From positions 4,412-68,411 of the forward strand of contig CAZYWZ010000023.1 of assembly GCA_964651705.1 (NCBI GenBank): 64,000 bases of DNA, given 5' to 3'. The stretch comes from an uncultured Verrucomicrobiales bacterium. GTDB taxonomy: Bacteria > Verrucomicrobiota > Verrucomicrobiia > JADLBR01. Positions 1 to 9,361 of the stretch are shown here, piece by piece (position 1 is the stretch's first letter; each line of letters begins with the position of its first letter). The notes below the pieces were generated by a model, which saw only the letters and a program-made list of their open reading frames with translations, did not search any database and was not told the origin of the DNA. The position numbers and the translations under genes are program-made.

Positions 1-207
1 CAGCCGCACCTCCCCCACGCTAACCGCATGGATCCAGATCCCGCCCCGCGCTCTTCCGATCGCTTCCCGCGTCCGCTTCCCGAATATCCCAAACCTCTGC
101 CCGAAACCGCGGCCCGACCGACTCCGCCGCAGCATCTTGTACCCGTAGTGCGGCGCCAGGGCCAAGAAGACGAAGGGAAACAGCAGATTGTATAGGATCC
201 TGACCAT
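1..207 (-). CDS. waaA: 3-deoxy-D-manno-octulosonic acid (Kdo) transferase WaaA/KdtA, N-terminal part (partial, runs off the window start)
   Basis: Minus-strand ATG at 207 (plus-strand 'cat' 205-207). Translation MVRILYNLLFPFVFLALAPHYGYKMLRRSRSGRGFGQRFGIFGKRTREAIGRARGGIWIHAVSVGEV matches the WaaA N-terminus pattern (hydrophobic anchor, RFG, IW[IL]HA[VS]SVGE). The frame is open to position 1. Confidence 0.7.
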   Translation of the reverse strand, partial: MVRILYNLLFPFVFLALAPHYGYKMLRRSRSGRGFGQRFGIFGKRTREAIGRARGGIWIHAVSVGEVRL

Positions 208-218
208 GGCCATTGGAG

Positions 219-1166
219 TCAGCCGGCGCGGCCCGCGCGGGGATGCGCCTCACCGTGGACACGCTTCAATCTCTCGAGGGTCACGTGCGTATACACCTGC
301 GTTGTCGAAAGCGATGCGTGCCCGAGCATCTCTTGCACGCTCCTGAGGTCCGCGCCACGCTCCACCAGATGCGTCGCGAAACTGTGCCTCAATTTGTGGG
401 GGGTGAGGTTGGCATCCAGGCCGCTGAACGCCAAATACTTTTTCAGCAGTTGCCCGATGGCCGCGACGCTGAGTCGCCCCTTCCGGGCCTTGTTCAGGAA
501 TAGTGGCCCGGCACCCGGGTGACCGGATTCGCGGAGGTACCGCGCCAGGGCCTCCGACGCCGGTTCCCCGATCGGGCACAGGCGCGTCTTTCCACCCTTC
601 CCCCGAACTCGAAATATCCCCGCCCCACCGTCCCAGTCCTCGACATTCAACCCGGCCAGCTCGCTGACGCGCAATCCCGCCCCGTACGCCGTCTCCAGCA
701 ATGCCGCGTCACGATAGGCGGTCCACGCCGGCGCCTGCTTGGCCCGCGGCATCCGCATCGGCGCACCCAATAGCGCCTCCACCTGCCCCACCGTCAAAAA
801 TTTCGGCAACCTCCTCCCCAGTTTCGGCAGCGCCACTCCCTCCATAGGGTTTTCCCCGACCATCCCCTCCCGCAGCAGGAACCGGTAAAATGACCGCAGC
901 GCCGAAAGGTGCTGCCTGACATGCGAGCGCGCATATCCCCTGCGCGAGAGATCAAACAGCAGCCGCCTCACATCCTCGCGCCCGACCGACCCCCAACCCG
1001 AGCCGAAAAAATGCCCCGCCTCGCAGAGGATATCCTCATACGCCCGCAGCGTCAGAGTCGCGCGCCCGCGCACGCCACCCAGATAGTCGAGGAAGGCGCG
1101 CACCGCGGGATCGCCAACCGCGCGCTTGGCGCGACCGCGTCTTCCGGAGTCGCCCGCCCTCCTCAC
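219..1166 (-). CDS. xerC: Tyrosine site-specific recombinase XerC/XerD family
   Basis: 315-aa ORF (GTG start) ending LTPHKLRHSFATHLVERGADLRSVQEMLGHASLSTTQVYTHV, the R..H.R..Y catalytic box of tyrosine recombinases. Overlaps the topA stop by 4 nt. Lies in the dprA-topA-xerC synteny known from many bacteria. Confidence 0.85.
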   Translation of the reverse strand: MRRAGDSGRRGRAKRAVGDPAVRAFLDYLGGVRGRATLTLRAYEDILCEAGHFFGSGWGSVGREDVRRLLFDLSRRGYARSHVRQHLSALRSFYRFLLREGMVGENPMEGVALPKLGRRLPKFLTVGQVEALLGAPMRMPRAKQAPAWTAYRDAALLETAYGAGLRVSELAGLNVEDWDGGAGIFRVRGKGGKTRLCPIGEPASEALARYLRESGHPGAGPLFLNKARKGRLSVAAIGQLLKKYLAFSGLDANLTPHKLRHSFATHLVERGADLRSVQEMLGHASLSTTQVYTHVTLERLKRVHGEAHPRAGRAG

Positions 1167-3838
1167 GCCGCCCGCTTCGCCGACACCCGGGCCGCCTTCC
1201 GCCCCTTCGTCGCCCCCGCCTTGGGTGCCGCCTTCTTCCGGGCCCGTGGCTTCGTCGCCGCCTTCCGTTTTGTCGCCGGCTCCGGCGCCTTCGCCGCGGC
1301 CGGCGCCTCGGCGAGCTTGTCCCCCCCATCCCCCTCCGGCCTCTTGTACTTCGACGCCTTACCGCCCTTGCCCACGCGGGGCGGAAAACCAAAACCGATC
1401 TTCCCCTCCGGCGATAGCGCCAGCCACGCCGAGAACGGCCGCCGCGTGCGCCGCGACCAGAACTTCTCCAAAAGGTCCGTCTTGCCCTCCGCCAGGAGCT
1501 TCGCTGCCTGCTCTCGATCGATGTCTCTCCCCAGGATCTTCTTGCTGATCCGGATGGTGCACTTCGCCTCGCCTTCCGTGGCCGGGCCCACCGCCCGCTC
1601 GCAGATGAACGCCATCGGCGTCTCAAAAACCCCGCCGCCGCAAATCGGGCATTTGCCGACCGGTTCCTGCCCGGAGAAATCGGCCGGACCGCCGCCAAGG
1701 CCATCCAGATCCAGCTCCACCTTCCACTCGTCCGTCAGCCTCAGGCCCGCAGAAAATGTCTTCCCGGCCTTCGACCGGAAACCATCCAGCGGCCCCACTT
1801 TCCGCTGCGTGATGAGCTCCTCCGCCTCCTCCCGCTCCAGGCGCCGTCCCGCGATCGTCTTCCAGATCGTAAAGTTATCGTTGACCGATTTGTATGCCTT
1901 GAAGGTCTCGATCATGTCGGCCCCGTCCACCGGGCTCTTGACCGACAGCGGGCTCGCGCCCAGATCCGTCTCCTCGAAGCTCTTCGCGATGCCGACGATC
2001 TCGCGCGTCAGATCCGAGATCTCGCGCATGAATTCCGCGCGGCTCATGTGGCCGTTCTCGATCTCGCGCAGCTTGTGCTCCCACTCGCCCGTCAGCGTCG
2101 GCGAGACCAGCGCGTCCACCCCGATGGCCCGGAGCAGTTCGATGAGCGAGATCGCCTTCGACGAGGGCACCAGCTCGCGCCCCTCGCGGTGCACGTAATG
2201 CTCGTAGATCAGGCCCTCGATGATCGAGGCCCGGGTCGCCGGCGTCCCGAGGCCCCGGTCCTTCATCGCCTCGCGCAGCTCCTCATCCTCGAGCAGCTTC
2301 CCCGCGGTTTCCATCGCCGTCAGGATCGTCGCCTCGGTGTAGCGCGCCGGGGGCCTAGTCTCCAACGCCGCCACCTCGACCGCGACGGTATCTGCCCGCT
2401 CCCCGGCCGATACCGGCACCACCTTGCCCTCGCCAGCCTCGGCCTCCCGCCCGTACACCGCCAGCCAGCCGGGTTCCCGAAGGATCTTACCCTCGGTCTT
2501 GAAGGGCTCGCCCTCCACCCGGGTGATCCGCGTCGTCACCTCGAACCTCGCCGAGGGATAGAATACCGCGATGAACCGCTTCGCGATCAGGTCAAAAAGT
2601 TTCGCCTCCGCCTCGTCCAGCCTCGCGTGAATCTGCCCCGTCGGGATGATCGCAAAGTGATCCGACACCTTCGCGTTGTTGAAAATCCTGCGGTTGGATT
2701 TCACCCAGTCCGACTCGAGCGCCTTTGCCGCATGGCCCGCGAGCGGCCCGCAGCCGGGGGGCAACTCCGGCGCCTTGGCGATCGCGCCCAGCGCCTCGCG
2801 CACCACGGGAAGATAGTCCTCCGGCAGGGCCCGGGAATCGGTGCGCGGGTAGGTGATCATCTTGTGCCGCTCGTACAGGGCCTGCGCCAGCTGCAACGTC
2901 CGCCGCGCCGAAAAGCCGAACCTCCCGTTCGCCTCCCGCTGCAGCGTGGTCAGGTCGTATAGCAGCGGCGGCGCCTGCGTCGCCGGCTTGGTCTCTTCGG
3001 TGACCTCGCCCGGCCGGCCCTCGCACCGCTCCTTGATCGCTAGGGCGCGCGCCTCTTCCCAGATCCGCTCCGCCCGGAGGTCCGACTCCTCGCCGGAATC
3101 CGATGCCCCCTTCTTGAAGGCCTCGTCAAACCACTTGCCCTGGTACTGCCCCGCCGCCACCCCGAAGGTCGCCGTCACCTCCCAGTATGCCCTGGGACGG
3201 AACGCCCGTATCCGCTCCTCGCGCTCGACGAGCATCGCCAGCGTCGGTGTCTGCACCCGCCCCACCGTCGCCCGATGCGCGCTCTTCGAACCGTAGATCC
3301 TGCGCGTGAAGGCCCGCGTCCCGTTGATGCCGATCAGCCAGTCCGACTCGCTCCGGCAGGTCGCGGCATCCGCGAGGTTATCCAGCTCGTCGCCATCCCG
3401 CAGATGGCCAAAGCCGTCCCGGATCGCCGCCGGCGTCATCGACGAGAGCCAGAGCCGCCGCACGCGCTTCTTTACCCCGGCCAGCCGGAGGATGTAGCGG
3501 AAGATCAGCTCTCCCTCCCGCCCCGCGTCGCACGCGTTCACGATCTGCCCGACGTCCTTCCGCTTCATGAGACGCACCAGCAGCTCGTAGCGCTCCTGCC
3601 CCTTTTCGGTCGGCTGAAGCCGAAACTCCTCCGGGATGATCGGCAGCGCCTCCAGCGTCCAGAAACGCCACTTCTTGTCCAGCTGGTCCGGCTTGCAGAG
3701 TTCCACCAGATGGCCGATGGCCGAACTGATCACGTACTCGTCACTCTCGAAATGATCCCCTTTTCGCCCCACCTTGCCCAGCGCGCGCGCGATGTCCGAC
3801 GCCACGCTCGGCTTCTCTGCAATAACCAACGTCTTCAT
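1163..3838 (-). CDS. topA: DNA topoisomerase I (type IA) with a C-terminal Zn-ribbon region and a lysine-rich tail
   Basis: 891 aa. N-terminal TOPRIM MKTLVIAEKPSVASDIARALGKV...ISSAIGHLVEL. Cys pairs KCPICGGGVFETPMAFICERA in the C-terminal part. Terminal KKAAPKAGATKGRKAARVSAKRAA basic tail. Confidence 0.9.
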   Translation of the reverse strand: MKTLVIAEKPSVASDIARALGKVGRKGDHFESDEYVISSAIGHLVELCKPDQLDKKWRFWTLEALPIIPEEFRLQPTEKGQERYELLVRLMKRKDVGQIVNACDAGREGELIFRYILRLAGVKKRVRRLWLSSMTPAAIRDGFGHLRDGDELDNLADAATCRSESDWLIGINGTRAFTRRIYGSKSAHRATVGRVQTPTLAMLVEREERIRAFRPRAYWEVTATFGVAAGQYQGKWFDEAFKKGASDSGEESDLRAERIWEEARALAIKERCEGRPGEVTEETKPATQAPPLLYDLTTLQREANGRFGFSARRTLQLAQALYERHKMITYPRTDSRALPEDYLPVVREALGAIAKAPELPPGCGPLAGHAAKALESDWVKSNRRIFNNAKVSDHFAIIPTGQIHARLDEAEAKLFDLIAKRFIAVFYPSARFEVTTRITRVEGEPFKTEGKILREPGWLAVYGREAEAGEGKVVPVSAGERADTVAVEVAALETRPPARYTEATILTAMETAGKLLEDEELREAMKDRGLGTPATRASIIEGLIYEHYVHREGRELVPSSKAISLIELLRAIGVDALVSPTLTGEWEHKLREIENGHMSRAEFMREISDLTREIVGIAKSFEETDLGASPLSVKSPVDGADMIETFKAYKSVNDNFTIWKTIAGRRLEREEAEELITQRKVGPLDGFRSKAGKTFSAGLRLTDEWKVELDLDGLGGGPADFSGQEPVGKCPICGGGVFETPMAFICERAVGPATEGEAKCTIRISKKILGRDIDREQAAKLLAEGKTDLLEKFWSRRTRRPFSAWLALSPEGKIGFGFPPRVGKGGKASKYKRPEGDGGDKLAEAPAAAKAPEPATKRKAATKPRARKKAAPKAGATKGRKAARVSAKRAA

Positions 3839-3887
3839 ATTATAAATCTGTGCCGAGGTCCCACCCGCGCCGCACTCGCCCGGCCCT

Positions 3888-5000
3888 TCAATTCAGCCGA
3901 ACGAAGTACTTGCCAGGGAGCGGGCGCACGAGGCGCCGAAGCTCAAGTTGCAGCAAGCTAGAGGACACCTTGGCGGGCGGCAACCCGCAAATTCGAATGA
4001 TCTCATCGATGTGGCGCTCGTCGGAACCCAGCGCGTCCAATATCGCAATTTCCTCGCCCCCAGGAGCTTCTGCCGCCAGCGGGCCCGCGCCATCCGCCTT
4101 CGGTGGCGCCACCTTCCCGATGCCGGGCACCAGGAACTCGAACTCGGCCAGCACATCCTCGGCGCCCTCCACGAGCCGCGCGCCGTCCTTGATCAGCTGG
4201 TGGCAACCCCGCGAATGCGGCGTGTCCACCCTGCCCGGCACAGCGAAAACCTGCCTCCCCTGATCCAGCGCCATGCGCGCCGTGATCAGGGCCCCGCTGC
4301 TCTTCGGCGCCTCCACCACCAGCACCCCCAATGACAATCCCGCCACGACGCGATTCCGGATCGGAAAGGTCTGCTTGTCCGGCTCCGTCCCGAGCGGAAA
4401 CTCGGAGACCAGCGCTCCCGACTCCGCCACCCGATCCGCCAGCAATCGATTCTCTGGCGGATAGACGCGATCGATGGCAGACCCAAGCACCGCGATGGTC
4501 CTCCCCTTGGCCGCGATCGCACCCTCGTGCGCGTGGGTGTCCACCCCGCGCGCCAGACCGCTGATCACCGTCATCCCCGCATAGGCCAACTGGAAACCCA
4601 GGCGCCGCGACATCTCGCGCCCATAATACGAGGTCTGCCTCGATCCCACCACCGCCACACCGCGCCGATCCCTTGCCTCGAACCCACCCCGCACGTAGAG
4701 GGCCAGCGGCGGATCGTAGATGTTTCTGAGATTCTCCGGATATTCCGCGTCCGCAGGCGTCAGCAGCCGGACCCCCAACGCCTTCGCCCGCGATAGCTCC
4801 GAGGCCAGATCCGCGTGCGATTCCCAGCCCGCGATCACCGAGGCCACGTCCTCCCCGATGCCCTCCACCCGCGCCAGCCTGCCACGGCTGCACCCCAGCG
4901 CGGCGGCCGCGCCCCCCAGCGCCTCCACCAGTCGCCGCACGCGCCCCGGCCCCACCTTCGGGAGCATGTTCAATGCCACGTACGCCTCGGATTCCGTCAT
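3888..5000 (-). CDS. dprA: DNA processing protein DprA (Smf)
   Basis: Rossmann-like DprA core GVDTHAHEGAIAAKGRTIAVLGSAIDRVYPPENRLLADRVAESGALVSEFPLGTEPDKQTFPIRNRVVAGLSLGVLVVEAPKSSGALITARMALDQGRQVFAVPG. Start set at the internal Met (MTESEAYVALNMLPKVGPGRV, a typical DprA N-terminus). The ORF stays open upstream to 5231 (GTG). Confidence 0.85.
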   Translation of the reverse strand: MTESEAYVALNMLPKVGPGRVRRLVEALGGAAAALGCSRGRLARVEGIGEDVASVIAGWESHADLASELSRAKALGVRLLTPADAEYPENLRNIYDPPLALYVRGGFEARDRRGVAVVGSRQTSYYGREMSRRLGFQLAYAGMTVISGLARGVDTHAHEGAIAAKGRTIAVLGSAIDRVYPPENRLLADRVAESGALVSEFPLGTEPDKQTFPIRNRVVAGLSLGVLVVEAPKSSGALITARMALDQGRQVFAVPGRVDTPHSRGCHQLIKDGARLVEGAEDVLAEFEFLVPGIGKVAPPKADGAGPLAAEAPGGEEIAILDALGSDERHIDEIIRICGLPPAKVSSSLLQLELRRLVRPLPGKYFVRLN

Positions 5001-5283
5001 GAACCGACCAGTTTCCAAGACCCCGGTCAAAATGTCCAGACCATGCCGCCGGCCTTGTGGCTGGCCCCCGGATCCGGGCGTGAGGGTCCCGCGAATGATG
5101 GCCAACTCTTTTGGAGTGCGGCGTCGGAGCGCCGCTTTGGATTGCCCCGCACGTCCCGGCGTGCGCTCGCCGACTCCTTCGCCGGACGACGCAGGACCGA
5201 CCCTTACGCGATGATTTCGATTGCCCGGCACCCATCACCACGCACCATGAATCGCACGGGTCCAAACGCATGACACCCAACAC

Positions 5284-6837
5284 ATGAAAACCCTCTCGGC
5301 CCTCATCTGCGCCTCCGCCCTCCTCCCCCTCGTCGCCACCGGCGCGCCGCACGAGAGTCGCCCCCGGCCCAACGTGCTCTTCATCGCCATCGACGACCAG
5401 AACGACTGGATCGGCCACCTCGGCGGTCACCCGCTCGCGAAGACCCCGAACATCGACCGCCTCGCGGCGCGCGGCACGGCATTCCTCAACGCGCACGTGC
5501 AAAGCCCCCTCTGCAATCCCTGCCGCACCAGCCTCCTGCTCGGCCTCCGGCCCACGACGACCGGCATCTATGGCCTCGCCCCCTGGTTTCGCACCGTCCC
5601 GAAATGGCGGGATCGCGTCACCCTCCCGCAGCATTTTGCCGCACAGGGCTACCGGACGCTCGCCACAGGAAAAATCTACCACGGTGGCGCCGGGGGCGGG
5701 GGCGGGGGCGGCGCCGGCAAGGCCAAGCGCAAAACTCAGGGCAAGGCCCCGGACCACGGGGCCCAGGATCCACCGGAATTTCAGGTCACGGGCAAGGCCG
5801 GTGGCCTCGGCGCCAAACCCGAAAAGAAACTCATCCCGCCGACCCCGATGGGCAACCATCCGCTCATGGACTGGGGAGTCTTCCCGCACCGCGACGAGGA
5901 CAAGGGCGACTATCAGGTCGCGAGTTGGACCATCGAGCAGATCCAGAACGCGCCCAAGGATCGCCCCTTCTTCCTGGCGGCCGGTTTCTTCCTCCCGCAC
6001 GTGCCCTGCTACGCCACGCAGAAATGGTTCGATCTCTACCCCGACGACGACAGCGTGCTCCCCATCGTCAAGGCAGACGACCGCGACGACACGCCGCGCT
6101 TCTCCTGGTACCTCCACTGGGAACTGCCCGAGCCCCGGCTGAGATGGGTGACGGAAAACAACCAGTGGCGCAACCTGGTCCGGAGCTACCTCGCCTGCAC
6201 CAGCTTCGTGGACGCGCAGGTCGGGCGCATCCTCGACGCCCTCGACGCGGCCGGCCTCGCGGAGAACACGATCGTCGTCCTATGGGGCGACCACGGATGG
6301 CATCTGGGCGAAAAGGGCATCACGGGGAAAAACACCCTCTGGGACGATGGCACCCGCGTGCCCCTCGTCTTCGCCGGCCCCGGCGTGAAACCGGGCCAGC
6401 GGTGTTCCCGTCCCGCCGAATTGCTCGACATCTATCCGACGCTCATCGGCCTCTGCGGCCTCCCCGCGCGCGACGACCTCGAGGGCATCAGCCTCCTACC
6501 CCAGCTCGAAGACGCCACCGCGATGCGCGAGCGCCCCGCCATCACCAGCCACAACCAGGGGAACCACGGGATCCGCAGCGAGCGCTGGCGATACATTCGC
6601 TACGCCGACGGCAGCGAGGAACTCTACGACATGCACGCCGATCCGAACGAGTGGAACAACCTCGCCGGACAGGCCAAGTACGCCGACGTCATCGCCGAAC
6701 ACAGGCGCTGGCTGCCGAAGATCGACGAGCCCCCCGCCCCGGGCAGCGCCTCGCGCGTCCTGACGTACGATAAAGCCACCGACACCGCCATCTGGGAGGG
6801 CAAGACCGTCAGACGCAACGACCCCATCCCGGAATGA
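5284..6837 (+). CDS. Sulfatase (formylglycine-dependent, Cys-type) with an internal Gly/Lys-rich insert
   Basis: Signal peptide MKTLSALICASALLPLVATGA. NVLFIAIDDQ metal-binding start. Motif LCNPCRTSLLLG (C-x-P-x-R). Insert HGGAGGGGGGGAGKAKRKTQGKAP. Confidence 0.85.
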   Translation: MKTLSALICASALLPLVATGAPHESRPRPNVLFIAIDDQNDWIGHLGGHPLAKTPNIDRLAARGTAFLNAHVQSPLCNPCRTSLLLGLRPTTTGIYGLAPWFRTVPKWRDRVTLPQHFAAQGYRTLATGKIYHGGAGGGGGGGAGKAKRKTQGKAPDHGAQDPPEFQVTGKAGGLGAKPEKKLIPPTPMGNHPLMDWGVFPHRDEDKGDYQVASWTIEQIQNAPKDRPFFLAAGFFLPHVPCYATQKWFDLYPDDDSVLPIVKADDRDDTPRFSWYLHWELPEPRLRWVTENNQWRNLVRSYLACTSFVDAQVGRILDALDAAGLAENTIVVLWGDHGWHLGEKGITGKNTLWDDGTRVPLVFAGPGVKPGQRCSRPAELLDIYPTLIGLCGLPARDDLEGISLLPQLEDATAMRERPAITSHNQGNHGIRSERWRYIRYADGSEELYDMHADPNEWNNLAGQAKYADVIAEHRRWLPKIDEPPAPGSASRVLTYDKATDTAIWEGKTVRRNDPIPE

Positions 6838-6958
6838 CGATTTCCGATGGACGATGGCAGTTGGTTGATCCGCATCCCGCGATCTTCCATCGAAAATCGG
6901 CAACCTAACGGCGCAGCGGGAGAGAGATAACTCCCCGCGAGGCGCGCCCGCAGGGGCC

Positions 6959-7780
6959 TCAGGGGCGAATGGAATGGCGCCGGCGATACACATGCGGGCG
7001 CACGCCCATGAAACGTCGGAACGTCCGCGAGAAATGGCTATGGTCGAAAAAACCTGTCTCCTGGGCAATGTCGGTGGCCTTTCGGCCCGTCTCGGCCAAT
7101 AGCCGGCAGGCGGCGTTGATCCGGACCCTCAATAGGTACTCGCGGGGCGAGGTCCCGAAGAGACGATGAAATTGCCGCCCGAACTGGCTGCGAGAAAGCC
7201 TCGCGGCTCTCGCCAGTTCCCCGATTCCCAGTGGTTCCCCGAAGCACTCATGCATCATCTCGACCGCTCGCGAGATACCGCTCAACGTCGGCGGCGGCGC
7301 GCGCAGGCCGCGTACCTCGCGCCAGATGCCCGCCAGCCCTATGATCTTGCCCCGGCGGTCGCGCAGCGGGAATTTGCTGAATACGATCAGCGCGTTCGAA
7401 CCCTTCTCTGGCGCCGGGCAGATCGCATTGATGATCGGTCGGCCCGTCACCATCACCTGCCGGTCCTGGTTCAGATACATCGCCATGTGGTTCTCCGAAA
7501 AGAACTCGCGCCCCGTTTTCCCGATCGTCTCCTCCTCGCTGGCGACCCCGCAGCATTCCACCGCGCGCACATTGTTCATCACGAAACGGCTCTGCCGATC
7601 CTTGACGAAAAATGCCACGTCCGGGAGCAGGTCGAGCAGCCCCTGGAATGCGCCGAAGTCCCCCACGCGCCGCAGAAAAGCCTCTTTGAACCTAGCCGGG
7701 CTCATGCGCACTGAATACACAGGAATGTCGCGCCCGTGCAAGCCGTCAGACTCGACCCCGGCCACGCTGGCGGCGATCAC
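6959..7780 (-). CDS. AraC-family transcriptional regulator with an N-terminal PAS-like sensor domain
   Basis: C-terminal AraC HTH: IGELARAARLSRSQFGRQFHRLFGTSPREYLLRVRINAACRLLAETGRKATDIAQETGFFDHSHFSRTFRRFMGVRPHVYRR. N-terminal portion resembles PAS (VAFFVKDRQSRFVMNNVRAVECCG...). The true start may be the internal Met near 7705. Confidence 0.8.
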   Translation of the reverse strand: MIAASVAGVESDGLHGRDIPVYSVRMSPARFKEAFLRRVGDFGAFQGLLDLLPDVAFFVKDRQSRFVMNNVRAVECCGVASEEETIGKTGREFFSENHMAMYLNQDRQVMVTGRPIINAICPAPEKGSNALIVFSKFPLRDRRGKIIGLAGIWREVRGLRAPPPTLSGISRAVEMMHECFGEPLGIGELARAARLSRSQFGRQFHRLFGTSPREYLLRVRINAACRLLAETGRKATDIAQETGFFDHSHFSRTFRRFMGVRPHVYRRRHSIRP

Positions 7781-7791
7781 ATCGCACCGCC

Positions 7792-9231
7792 GTGAATACC
7801 GAGCACCTCTACAGCCAGCGACTGAATCGTTACGTCACCGCCATGCGCAACCAGAGGCCGGACCGTGTCCCGATCCGGCCATTCGTCGCAGAATTCACCG
7901 CGCGCTACGCGGGCTACACTTGCCAGCAGGTCGCGCACGACTATCGCAAGGCCTTCGACGCCGCCGCGCGGTGCGCCCGCAATTTCGACTGGGATGCCAT
8001 CGTCCCCAACATGGTCGCCACCTGGACGGGGATGGCCCAGGCCGCCGGCTTGCGATACTACGGCATCCCCGGCATCGGTCTCCCACATGATTCGGGCTTC
8101 AATTACATCGAACCACCCGAGGAGCAGGCGTTCATGCGGGAGGATGAATACGACGCGCTCATCGCCGACCCTACCGATTTCTTGTATAATGTGTGGTTGC
8201 CGCGCGTCTCGACCGAGATCCGGAAACCCGGCGAGCCCGCCACGTACCGGGGGACCCTTGCGCTGGTGAAGAGCGCGATGGCCATGCGCCAATATTTCGA
8301 CGCATTCGGCCCACATGTCGCACGACTGCGCACCGAGTGCGCCATGCCCTGCGCCATCGCGGGCATCTTCAAGGCCCCCTTCGACATCATCGCCGACAAG
8401 CTCCGCGGCTACATCGGCCTGACGATGGACATGTTCACGCAGCCCGACAAGGTGCTCCGCGCCTGCGAGGCCCTGATGCCGCACCTCTGCCACGTCGGCC
8501 TGACCACCGCCGATCCCGATCGCCTCCTGCCCATCGGTTTCTGGATGCACCGCGGCTGCGTGCCGTTCGTCTCCCCACAGACCTTCGGTTCCCATTACTG
8601 GCCCACGCTGAAGCCGATCATCGAGGAGTTCTGGAAAAACGACCACCAGACACTGTTTTATGCCGAGGGAAAGTGGGCGCACCACCTCGACACGTTCCGC
8701 GAGCTACCCGATCGCAGCATCGTGTACCACTGCGACCGCGACGACATCTTCGAGGTGCACCGGCGCCTCCACGACAAGTTCGCCATCAGCGGCGGCATCC
8801 CGAACGTCATGCTGAGCTTCGGCAAGCCCGGTGAGGTGCGCGACTTCTGCGCCCGAGTCATACGGGAGGTTGCGGCGGACGGCGGCTACATCATGGACGC
8901 GGGCGCCATCATGCAAAATGACACCAGCATCGAGAACATGCACGCCATGACGGAGGCCTGCCGCGAGTTCGGCGCCTACGGGGCCGACGATCGCGCCGCC
9001 CCGGCGGCCGCGCCGCCGGCCGATGCACCAGGGTCGGCCGCCCGCGCCCGGCCGACCGGTATGGCCGATCGACCCCCTCCATCCATCCCGCCGGGCATCT
9101 GCATCCCATGGGAGCGGAAAGCCCGAGAGTTGCCTCCGATCACCGGCGACCCGGACCTCGTGCGGGACATCTGGAACGAGATCGAGGGGCTCGCCAGCAC
9201 CTACATCTGGCAGTTGCTTCTCGCGTTCTGA
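7792..9231 (+). CDS. Uroporphyrinogen decarboxylase (URO-D) family protein (methyltransferase/decarboxylase-like), with a Pro/Ala-rich C-terminal extension
   Basis: N-terminus SQRLNRYVTAMRNQRPDRVPIRPFVAEF resembles the URO-D family start (..R.L.A..G...DRVPVW). The fold is inferred from sequence pattern only. Confidence 0.45.
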   Translation: MNTEHLYSQRLNRYVTAMRNQRPDRVPIRPFVAEFTARYAGYTCQQVAHDYRKAFDAAARCARNFDWDAIVPNMVATWTGMAQAAGLRYYGIPGIGLPHDSGFNYIEPPEEQAFMREDEYDALIADPTDFLYNVWLPRVSTEIRKPGEPATYRGTLALVKSAMAMRQYFDAFGPHVARLRTECAMPCAIAGIFKAPFDIIADKLRGYIGLTMDMFTQPDKVLRACEALMPHLCHVGLTTADPDRLLPIGFWMHRGCVPFVSPQTFGSHYWPTLKPIIEEFWKNDHQTLFYAEGKWAHHLDTFRELPDRSIVYHCDRDDIFEVHRRLHDKFAISGGIPNVMLSFGKPGEVRDFCARVIREVAADGGYIMDAGAIMQNDTSIENMHAMTEACREFGAYGADDRAAPAAAPPADAPGSAARARPTGMADRPPPSIPPGICIPWERKARELPPITGDPDLVRDIWNEIEGLASTYIWQLLLAF

Positions 9232-9361
9232 GGCTCCGCCGACAATGGCCCGGGCCTGGCACGGACATCAGATGCGCCACCGATACACAGGAAAGCCGCA
9301 GAGATGCTCGCCACGCGAACCCGCCCTCGCCCAGAATGGCCCGAAATCACAGGAGGTCCCC

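Noticed and set aside
219-1166. Tyrosine recombinase as a possible integrase of a mobile element or genomic island
   Set aside because: It sits in the conserved dprA-topA-xerC housekeeping synteny with a 4-nt overlap to topA, and there are no flanking tRNA, att-like repeats or phage genes. It is better explained as the chromosomal XerC/XerD.
4003-6117. 704-aa minus-strand ORF overlapping dprA and the first sulfatase. Similar long antisense or out-of-frame ORFs occur at 909..2198, 7777..8685, 9665..10648, 10662..11639, 16418..18274, 19195..21744, 22289..23605, 25780..26616, 27206..28210, 32156..33340, 33865..35931, 38450..40198, 39949..42072, 42594..43643, 44249..45481, 46622..48076, 48962..49924, 51627..52439, 53262..54647, 54500..56749, 56816..58804 and 60373..61410.
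   Set aside because: All lie opposite to, or out of frame with, genes that have clear family signatures. Their translations are low-complexity (Gly/Arg/Ala/Pro-rich), typical of stop-codon-poor alternative frames in >65% GC DNA. None shows a recognisable domain.
6838-6958. Possible convergent-terminator hairpins between the sulfatase (plus) and the AraC regulator (minus)
   Set aside because: Only short imperfect inverted repeats are present (ccgatgg…ccatcg with a 4-nt internal mismatch; gcgggag…ctccccgc with a bulge) and there is no U-tract. This is too weak to call.
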